A DNA stretch of 64,000 nt. Source: a virus. Where the stretch lies: the IMG/VR virus record IMGVR_UViG_3300027741_000020. One strand, given 5' to 3'. The notes beneath the pieces are model-generated. The model was not told the origin of the DNA and made no database searches. It saw only the letters and a program-made list of their open reading frames with translations. The position numbers were made by a program, and so were the translations under genes. Shown here piece by piece: positions 10,736 through 17,099 of this stretch (position 1 is the first letter of the stretch; the number at the start of each line of letters is the position of its first letter).

Positions 10736-11287
10736 ATGGCAATACCAACATTATCAGGCTCATACATAGATGAAACATACGGAAGACTCGTACAAGTTAG
10801 TGGGTCAGAATTTGCGGATGGTTTAGGTAATCCTATATCAATTGTACTTGGCTCATACACCAGCCAGCAGACAATTATAGGTGATTACAATCAAAATTAT
10901 AACGGAACTAAACTAACAGTCGATGATAATAATCAAAAAGTTAAAATAAATAAACATTTAGAAGTTGAATTGGGAAGTATAGTACCATACTATACAACAA
11001 CACTAAATTTAAGCGATATTGTATATTATGATATACCATATAGCGGGATATTTGAGATAGTAAACCCAAATGGACGAATTGCATTTCCAAACCCAGAGAC
11101 TAATAATGGCGGAACAATAATCATAGTTAATACTACTGAGCAACCTGTTAGTATAAATAATGAAAATGGATGGGCACCACTGCGTAGTGGAACTGGTAAT
11201 TCGTTAGATACAATAAATGCTAACGAAATGTGGAATTGTATCTCAATAGGAGCTAAGTGGAGAGGAATGCTTGGGGTTTTACCATAA
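10736..11287 (+). CDS. hypothetical protein, possibly virion/tail-associated
   Basis: Beta-rich, Gly/Ser/Thr-rich composition. Confidence 0.5.
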   Translation: MAIPTLSGSYIDETYGRLVQVSGSEFADGLGNPISIVLGSYTSQQTIIGDYNQNYNGTKLTVDDNNQKVKINKHLEVELGSIVPYYTTTLNLSDIVYYDIPYSGIFEIVNPNGRIAFPNPETNNGGTIIIVNTTEQPVSINNENGWAPLRSGTGNSLDTINANEMWNCISIGAKWRGMLGVLP

Positions 11288-11288
11288 A

Positions 11289-11320
11289 TTTGGAAAATCC
11301 AAAAACTTTTCGTATATTTG
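11289..11320 (+). promoter_or_regulatory. Bacteroidota-type promoter
   Basis: TTTG-N20-TATATTTG. Confidence 0.8.
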
Positions 11321-11343
11321 ATATATAATAAAACAAAATAGTT

Positions 11344-11523
11344 ATGAAAAAATTTAAGTTAATACTTAATATAACAATAGTAAGTTGCATAATTGGATTA
11401 CTAATATCATATTTGACAACGTTATTTTCTAATATATTACCACATTTAACCTTTTTGGAAGGTGTTGGGGTATATTGTTTGTGGACTCCTATACATCATG
11501 CATTTCTTGGAGATAATAATTAG
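11344..11523 (+). CDS. small membrane protein (59 aa)
   Basis: Hand-translated MKKFKLILNITIVSCIIGLLISY... Confidence 0.6.
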   Translation: MKKFKLILNITIVSCIIGLLISYLTTLFSNILPHLTFLEGVGVYCLWTPIHHAFLGDNN

Positions 11524-11561
11524 AACTAATAACAAAGGTATAATAAAGAAATCAACAAATT

Positions 11562-11741
11562 ATGAGATTACTACTAAGATTTATATGGGGCATGTTGCAA
11601 ATAACATTGGGTTCATTTACCGTGATACATGCTATGGATAAACCAGTAACGTTTCTTAGAGTACTATTTATAATAACCGGTATTATAACACTAGCAAAGG
11701 GATACCTTAAAGTAGATGAAATATAATAACGAAGAGGTATA
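11562..11741 (+). CDS. small membrane protein (59 aa)
   Basis: Hand-translated MRLLLRFIWGMLQITLGSF... Confidence 0.6.
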
Positions 11742-11812
11742 AAACAAAGGGCAGGGCACAAAGATACTGAACTTAGGGAGAGGTCGAGGAACTTCCATTA
11801 CCTTTTAAGGAT

Positions 11813-11941
11813 AGTCAGTTGGCGGAATTGGTAGACGCAAACGATGGTGACCTTCCATCATTAAATAAGAAGAGAACTTTTTGAGTTAAAGTCATGTAGG
11901 CGCAAGCAAAACTCATACAGGTTCAAATCCTGTACTGACTA
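11813..11941 (+). ncRNA. tRNA-Leu-like scaffold, non-canonical anticodon arm, expanded variable region (129 nt)
   Basis: Acceptor AGTCAGT/ACTGACT + A73; D-arm GCGGAATTGGTAGACGC; T-arm ACAGG-TTCAAAT-CCTGT. Confidence 0.75.
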
Positions 11942-11953
11942 CTGAAATAATAT

Positions 11954-12503
11954 GGGGATGTCCTGGCATTTGATTGGTATGCAGAAGGGTAGCACCACAC
12001 GCGGACAAAGCATGAATGTCCTTAAATACTTGTAAAACAATAAACGCAGAAAAAACATCTCGTCAAGAAATCGGTGCATCTATCATCAACATGGCTTTCG
12101 AGTCATTTGCTGTAGCAGCGTAGTCTTCAGGTTGGTAACTGACCTTGGAACAGAATAGTTACAAAAGTGCATATCCAACTACCGTAAAGTGGTCACAATG
12201 TTGGAATGATCCCCGTCAAGAATGTGTGTAATCGGGGCGGTTGAGTTAATCATTTACCTTTGGTAGGCGATCTCTAAAGGTTTTCTTGGTTGAACCCGAA
12301 TCAACTAAGTGGTGGATCTACTGTATTTAACCAATATAGTCCCATTACTAATCAAGGGAACGTTTAGTACGTTTGCTGCTGTGATAAGCATTCCACCCTA
12401 GATTTACCTCCTGCTTCTGTGTAGAACAGAGTAGCTAAGCGTGTGAGACGTTGGTGTTGCAATTCCATATCAAGACACGGGTTCGAGTCCCGTCATCTCC
12501 ACC
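11954..12503 (+). ncRNA. ssrA: tmRNA
   Basis: GGGGATG/CATCTCC acceptor with G3.U70, ACC end, T-arm ACGGG-TTCGAGT-CCCGT, helix CACACGC/GCGTGTG, tag ORF 12046-12123 ending AVAA. Confidence 0.93.
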
Positions 12504-12516
12504 GTCAACTTTTTTG

Positions 12517-12555
12517 AGTTTGTCATATGTATAATAGCATATACTATGACAAACT
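12517..12555 (+). other. long hairpin 3' of tmRNA
   Basis: AGTTTGTCATA/TATGACAAACT perfect 11-bp arms. Confidence 0.6.
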
Positions 12556-12581
12556 TAATTAAGTTAAAAAAATAAAAAAGA

Positions 12582-12613
12582 TTTGGTAGAATGAAAAATT
12601 TATCGTATCTTTA
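12582..12613 (+). promoter_or_regulatory. promoter, copy 1 of ~41-bp triplicated unit
   Basis: TTTG-N20-TATCTTTA. Confidence 0.8.
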
Positions 12614-12635
12614 ATATATCAAAGAAATAATAAGT

Positions 12636-12851
12636 ATGACATCAAAAGATTTTACAAATTGGTTAAGAGGTTATATAGCTGGTAGTAATGAGTTACCTTT
12701 AAAAGTTAAAAATGAACTTACGAAGGTATTAGATGATATTGTTGAGGATGGTATAAAGCCTACAATGTTTACATATACAGGTACAGGCAATAGAACAATA
12801 GCTGGCGGATCTACATATACTACGGATATACCGAATACAAAAACAATTTAA
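12636..12851 (+). CDS. hypothetical protein
   Basis: ORF between repeated promoters. Confidence 0.7.
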   Translation: MTSKDFTNWLRGYIAGSNELPLKVKNELTKVLDDIVEDGIKPTMFTYTGTGNRTIAGGSTYTTDIPNTKTI

Positions 12852-12858
12852 AAAAAGA

Positions 12859-12890
12859 TTTGGTAGATTAAAAAATTTATCGTATCTTTA
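12859..12890 (+). promoter_or_regulatory. promoter, copy 2
   Basis: TTTG-N20-TATCTTTA. Confidence 0.8.
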
Positions 12891-12896
12891 ACAAAC

Positions 12897-13009
12897 AAAC
12901 TGATGAATGGTTGAAGCCAACATCTAATAAAACCGAATGTGTGACTCTATAAACATTAGTATCTTGAGAGTGAAACGATACTATAAAGCCGGTTATCATT
13001 AATCAGTTT
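12897..13009 (+). ncRNA. unassigned structured small RNA
   Basis: Ends pair (AAACTGAT/ATCAGTTT); AACCG/CGGTT encloses two hairpins with complementary loops ACTCT/AGAGT; own promoter. Confidence 0.6.
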
Positions 13010-13030
13010 AAAAAAAAAGATTAAAAAAGA

Positions 13031-13062
13031 TTTGGTAGAATGAAAAATTTATCGTATCTTTA
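13031..13062 (+). promoter_or_regulatory. promoter, copy 3
   Basis: TTTG-N20-TATCTTTA; boxA-like GTTCTTTGA at 13077. Confidence 0.8.
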
Positions 13063-13090
13063 ATTAAACAAAGAAAGTTCTTTGATTATA

Positions 13091-13950
13091 AAGATATTGT
13101 TAATATAGTAAGTTCGTCTTACACAATTAACGACGGGTGTCTATGCTCGGTTTTAGATAAACTACGAAAGTAGGATAAAGTGGAATGTTTGGTTAAGCAT
13201 TCTGCAGTTTCAACCCTGTAAGGTTGGAACGCATGTAGACAAGTGAGATACTGTTTGAGCTCTGTATGTGAGGGTGACACTGTAACAGAAAAGTTTGAAT
13301 GATTAGGGTAAGTAGATACTCTAATTGAGCTCGGAAGAGCAATAGGAATAACTCATAGAGTATATGTGAGAAATACGAACTTAATCCCTTCGTATCATTT
13401 CGTTACTCAATATCAGAGTGGTCTTAACATCAATCTATCCGAAAGGACGCTAGATAAGACTGTGTACAGGTGGTGCTGTTACTATCCTTACATTTTATGT
13501 ACCAACATATTTGTATGAAGATGACTCAAAATATGGCAATAGGGATATTGCATCGGGTAGTTTAGTATTCTCTGACTCAAAAGGTGAGAGAGCTAGTGGC
13601 AGACCGCTACCTGAATCAATCTACAAACCACAACAACTTTTTTTTATTCAAAAAATAATCATAAAGCAAAAGTGTTTGCCAGTTATAGACGAAAGGTGTC
13701 TACATAGTAACGAGTTGTTCGTTGCCACGATACCACCGCAAGTGGTCTGTGATTCTAATGAAAAACTTCTAACGCCGCAAGTGTTAATCAGGTCGGCAGA
13801 CTTGAAGAAGCAGATTAGTTAGAGAGTAGTTTATGACTTTATGAGTGGTTCGCATTACGGACCGACACTGTACTGATACTTCTCAAAAGGAAGTGGATAC
13901 GAAGGAAAACAATAACCCTTCCAAAGATGGTACACCCAAACCAATAATCT
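13091..13950 (+). ncRNA. large ornate ncRNA, GOLLD-like
   Basis: ~860 nt, GC-richer than flanks, many GNRA hairpins (CTAC-GAAA-GTAG, TCC-GAAA-GGA, ACCAC-CGCAA-GTGGT), ends can pair, adjacent to tRNA; family not verified. Confidence 0.6.
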
Positions 13951-13962
13951 CATGGTTTATAA

Positions 13963-14033
13963 GCGGAATTAGTGTAATGGTAGCACAGCAGCCCTCCAGG
14001 CTGCAGGATGAAGTTCGATTCTTTGGTCCCGCT
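13963..14033 (+). tRNA. tRNA-Gly(TCC), degenerate
   Basis: Cloverleaf; GCAGC-CCTCCAG-GCTGC; C33 instead of U, acceptor mismatch, weak T-stem, U73. Confidence 0.6.
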
Positions 14034-14049
14034 CATAATATGAAGAACC

Positions 14050-14075
14050 CCCCGAACATGAGTTTGGGGTTTTTT
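14050..14075 (+). terminator. intrinsic terminator
   Basis: CCCCGAAC-ATGA-GTTTGGGG + T6. Confidence 0.75.
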
Positions 14076-14095
14076 GTTACTTAAAATTACATACT

Positions 14096-14494
14096 ATGTT
14101 AGCATTAGAAGATTTAAAAGCAATGACTGAATTACAAATCAAGCAGCATTTGGAATTAAAATACTCCGGTGAAGGTGTGGATGTTGATGAAATAACAAAG
14201 GCTTTGCAAGATTTAGAAATTTTAGTGGCATACGAATCAGTAGGGTCGTGGGGATGTGATTCCACTTCATTCTTTTTATTCAAAGATAATAAAGGTAAAT
14301 TATATGAAATGCATGGCTCACATTGTTCGTGCTATGGATTTGAAGGCCAGTTTAGGTTGGAAAAATCTGAAAGACAAGCATTGTGGTATAGAATGTACGA
14401 GGGTAAAGGCAAACTATTTAGTACGGGTGGATATGATTATGAGTGTGATAAGAATATGGCAAAGGTACATAAATACATTAAAGAGAATTTATAA
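14096..14494 (+). CDS. hypothetical protein
   Basis: GSWGCD..HGSHCSCYGFE motif typical of phage proteins. Confidence 0.75.
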   Translation: MLALEDLKAMTELQIKQHLELKYSGEGVDVDEITKALQDLEILVAYESVGSWGCDSTSFFLFKDNKGKLYEMHGSHCSCYGFEGQFRLEKSERQALWYRMYEGKGKLFSTGGYDYECDKNMAKVHKYIKENL

Positions 14495-14498
14495 CAAT

Positions 14499-14570
14499 GC
14501 CGCCGTCGTCTAACGGTTAGGACGGAAGATTTTCATTCTTCAAACGGGAGTTCGATTCTCCTCGGTGGTA
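14499..14570 (+). tRNA. tRNA-Glu(TTC)
   Basis: Full cloverleaf; GAAGA-TTTTCAT-TCTTC; GGGAG-TTCGATT-CTCCT; CCA not encoded. Confidence 0.9.
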
Positions 14571-14575
14571 CGATG

Positions 14576-14690
14576 TACCTTGCAGGCCACAAGGTCGTAG
14601 TTCCTCCTCGCCTCTCAACTGATGCACACTATGGAGCCAGATCGTAAGCTGGATATGTTGGCAACTCATACTGACCTGTTAAAAGTTGCA
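14576..14690 (+). ncRNA. unassigned structured RNA between tRNA elements
   Basis: Hairpins ACCTTG/CAAGGT, AGTT/AACT with pyrimidine loop, CCAG/CTGG, GCAACT/AGTTGC; no ORF. Confidence 0.45.
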
Positions 14691-14694
14691 AAAT

Positions 14695-14777
14695 AGTCAG
14701 GTGGCGGTATGGTGTTGTCGTAAATAGAATAGCCGAGGTCGTAAGCCCTCAAGCAGGTTCGAATCCTGTCCTGACTA
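14695..14777 (+). ncRNA. tRNA-Leu-like scaffold lacking anticodon arm
   Basis: Acceptor AGTCAGG/CCTGACT + A73; D-stem GCG/CGT; T-arm GCAGG-TTCGAAT-CCTGT; 13-nt A-rich linker in place of anticodon arm. Confidence 0.7.
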
Positions 14778-14785
14778 CAATAGGT

Positions 14786-14901
14786 TGAACGGGGAAAGAT
14801 AGACCGCTAAAACGAGTTAGTGAAAATCTACATTCTATCGGAGGTGTAAGCAAGTAAAGCCGTTCATAAAAGTAGATGTCCACTCGCCCATCTTCTACTT
14901 T
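14786..14901 (+). ncRNA. unassigned structured RNA with possible loop-loop pseudoknot
   Basis: TGAACGG/CCGTTCA, GATAGA/TCTATC, CGCTAA/TTAGTG, AAAGTAGA/TCTACTTT; loops CGAG(T)/ACTCG complementary. Confidence 0.55.
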
Positions 14902-14909
14902 CCTAACAT

Positions 14910-15025
14910 ACAGCAGTGGCGGAAACGGATAATGTCGACATAAATCCGTAAGTTAGACGTAGGGCTCTTCGGAGGTCAGTTAAATAGGTAACTAAACTAT
15001 ATAGGTGCAAATCCTATCTGCTGTA
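14910..15025 (+). ncRNA. tRNA-like scaffold with D-loop hairpin insert and UUCG-capped anticodon arm
   Basis: Acceptor ACAGCAG/CTGCTGT + A73; T-arm ATAGG-TGCAAAT-CCTAT; ACGGAT/ATCCGT in D-loop; CTC-TTCG-GAG; variable arm AGTTA/TAACT. Confidence 0.7.
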
Positions 15026-15028
15026 CTA

Positions 15029-15409
15029 TACATTATCGTTCTTTGATATATAGGAGAAAACAAAATATGAATACACAATTAGCATTTGCTTTTGGTATGC
15101 TTGCGATGGTTGCTATCACAATGTTGGTAGTAATTGTTGTAGGTATGGTAAAGGTGATTAGATTAGCAAACAAATTAGAAAATTTAGAGCAGACAGTCGG
15201 ACGTGAAGTTGAACTTATACATAGACAGACATCGGATGTTGAGAGAAATATGTATAGTGAAATACACAATGTCCGTAACAATATTGACAAGTATACGGAA
15301 GATTTAAGACGTGAATGTATGGCTTATACGGACTCCAGAGTTGATAAAGTACAAAACAAAAAACAATTACTAAACGATTAAAATAAAATAATCAAAGAAC
15401 GATAATGTA
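15029..15409. repeat. perfect 19-bp inverted repeat (15029-15047 / 15391-15409) bracketing one ORF
   Basis: TACATTATCGTTCTTTGAT vs ATCAAAGAACGATAATGTA. Confidence 0.9.
15067..15381 (+). CDS. TM-anchored coiled-coil protein
   Basis: N-terminal TM then heptads; ATG 15067 preferred. Confidence 0.7.
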   Translation: MNTQLAFAFGMLAMVAITMLVVIVVGMVKVIRLANKLENLEQTVGREVELIHRQTSDVERNMYSEIHNVRNNIDKYTEDLRRECMAYTDSRVDKVQNKKQLLND

Positions 15410-15433
15410 ATTTTAAAAAAAAACTCCTATAAA

Positions 15434-15913
15434 ATGATACAAAGAAAAATATGGTTATATTTAGATGATGTTCGTATCCCAAAAGATAATCAATGGGAAG
15501 TGGTTACGAATTATGATGAATTTGTAAAGCATGTAAATTTACACGGATTGGAAAATTATGAGTGTATATCTCTTGACCACGATTTAGGTGAAGAAGCAAT
15601 GCAGGAGTATTATCGTAATGTAAAAACCAATGGTTATTTGGAATATAACAATATAACCGAAAAAACCGGATTGGATTGTGCAAGATACATTGTGAATTTA
15701 TCTATGGATAATCATATACCTTTACCAAAAGTATATTGTCATTCAGCAAATCCGGTAGGAGCTATTAATATAATGAACCACATAAACGGCTATTTAAAAA
15801 GTTGTGAATTGAAAGAAAGTTGTGTAATGGTTAAGATAGAACACACATACCGAGTACTTTCTAGCGAAGTGAAAACGACACGATTGGCAATTAAAAATGG
15901 AGACTTAAAATAA
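15434..15913 (+). CDS. cyclic-phosphate-processing receiver domain protein
   Basis: LYLDDVR, ISLDHDLG, TGLDCA, HSANPVG. Confidence 0.75.
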   Translation: MIQRKIWLYLDDVRIPKDNQWEVVTNYDEFVKHVNLHGLENYECISLDHDLGEEAMQEYYRNVKTNGYLEYNNITEKTGLDCARYIVNLSMDNHIPLPKVYCHSANPVGAINIMNHINGYLKSCELKESCVMVKIEHTYRVLSSEVKTTRLAIKNGDLK

Positions 15914-15918
15914 AAATT

Positions 15919-16470
15919 ATGAGTATAAAATACAAAATTAGAAAAGCATTGTATATGGTTAGATACGATCTACCAAATTTCTTAAAAAACATATGGCGCT
16001 TCCGTAAGGGGCTATGGCAGTTTCGTTCATATGACCCGTATGGCATCTATGTAATGAATAATATCGGTCTTACTATTATCGCCGATGCAATTGAAAAGTA
16101 TGGATATGAAGTTGAAGAATCTCGTCTTAAAAAAGTCCAAAAGATGCGTAGAGCAGCTGAACTATATAACAACTTTATGGTAGATAATTTCATAGATCAA
16201 GCCGAAGCAGAGCTAGGTGAGTTAGTTATGCGTTCAATGGAGTTTGTTCCATCGGAAGATAATCCGAATTTATCTGTTTTGGTAGATAATGATACACCCG
16301 AAGAGAAAGAACATAACAGAGCAATCTTTAAAAGATCTTCAGAGATTGAAGAAGAGCAATGGGCTGAACTATATACAATACTCAAAGGACAAGATTATTC
16401 AAAATTCAGTAAGAAAAAAGATTTCAATCAGCAATTTGATGGCTCCGGTCTTCGTGGTTGGTGGGACTAA
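15919..16470 (+). CDS. conserved phage hypothetical protein
   Basis: Ends GLRGWWD. Confidence 0.7.
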   Translation: MSIKYKIRKALYMVRYDLPNFLKNIWRFRKGLWQFRSYDPYGIYVMNNIGLTIIADAIEKYGYEVEESRLKKVQKMRRAAELYNNFMVDNFIDQAEAELGELVMRSMEFVPSEDNPNLSVLVDNDTPEEKEHNRAIFKRSSEIEEEQWAELYTILKGQDYSKFSKKKDFNQQFDGSGLRGWWD

Positions 16471-16490
16471 TCCACTCATAACTTAAAATT

Positions 16491-16688
16491 ATGATAATAC
16501 AATTGAATCCTATGATACCAATTAAACGCATATCCGACCAAATGGAAGGATATGCTTTTCTTGTTATAGATTATTCACAAGAGCATGACTTATTATTTAC
16601 GTGTGCTATGGATGATGGCGAAATATGGACATTGAATAATAAAGAAATAAGGTTTTGTAAAAATATTACATTAGAAAGAAAAGCATAA
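16491..16688 (+). CDS. hypothetical protein
   Basis: QLNPMIP..IDYSQEHDL..GEIWT. Confidence 0.7.
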   Translation: MIIQLNPMIPIKRISDQMEGYAFLVIDYSQEHDLLFTCAMDDGEIWTLNNKEIRFCKNITLERKA

Positions 16689-16693
16689 AATAT

Positions 16694-16876
16694 ATGACAC
16701 CAGAACAAAGTTATAGTATAATCTCATTATTGAATGATATTAAGAAGCTATTAGAGAATCAAAACGTATTGCTAGAAGCACAACAAACAAATCCACAAAC
16801 AAAAATTACCGTTGTAGGTAATAAAGCAACAACAAATAACATAAAATTAGATAATAGCGAAGATTTTATTTTATAA
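16694..16876 (+). CDS. hypothetical protein
   Basis: Coupled ORF. Confidence 0.6.
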   Translation: MTPEQSYSIISLLNDIKKLLENQNVLLEAQQTNPQTKITVVGNKATTNNIKLDNSEDFIL

Positions 16877-16905
16877 AATTGTAATTTATTAAATTATCTA
16901 TAATA

Positions 16906-17056
16906 AAGGTTTATTGATAATCAACCAGTTATGGCAACCTAAAAATACGGGTTTTGCTAACTGGTTGATTATCAATAAACCTTCTTCTTTCCCAGTTTGG
17001 CCATGTCAAATATAAGTTGTATCTTTACAAAGTAAAGGCATCAGAGTAATGCCTCT
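16906..17056 (+). promoter_or_regulatory. inverted-repeat/promoter cassette 1
   Basis: Perfect 26-bp IR (16906-31/16958-83), TTTG-N20-TATCTTTA at 16996-17027, AGGCAT/ATGCCT hairpin. Confidence 0.85.
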
Positions 17057-17099
17057 ATGGTTCAAATTTTATTAAGTAAAATATAAATAAATACACATT

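Noticed and set aside
11745-11810. RNase P RNA (GAGGAACTTCC resembles GAGGAAAGTCC)
   Set aside because: No complementary P4 strand or downstream conserved regions; the segment is far too short.
12900-13001. Hammerhead ribozyme (CTGATGA at 12900, GAAAC at 12972)
   Set aside because: Stems I and II do not pair and the stem III/NUH junction is mismatched.
12574-13064. Three direct repeats as a mini-CRISPR array
   Set aside because: Repeats are promoter-shaped, spacers are ~235 and ~130 nt, and no cas genes are seen.
13786-13818. SRP RNA helix 8 (TCAGG...GAAGCAG)
   Set aside because: Lacks the GNRA tetraloop and symmetric loop geometry; better explained as part of the large RNA.
13511-14084. 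ORFs 13511-13822 and 13845-14084
   Set aside because: Overlap structured RNA, tRNA and terminator; atypical codon usage.
14571-14680. HDV-like/theta ribozyme downstream of tRNA-Glu (CCTCCTCGC resembles HDV L3)
   Set aside because: No P3 partner or P1 helix can be built around the motif.
16906-16983. IR half-sites as Fur boxes or dif sites
   Set aside because: TTGATWATCAA differs from the GATAATGATAATCATTATC Fur pattern, and the 24-26 nt spacer does not fit the 6-8 nt core of Xer/dif sites.
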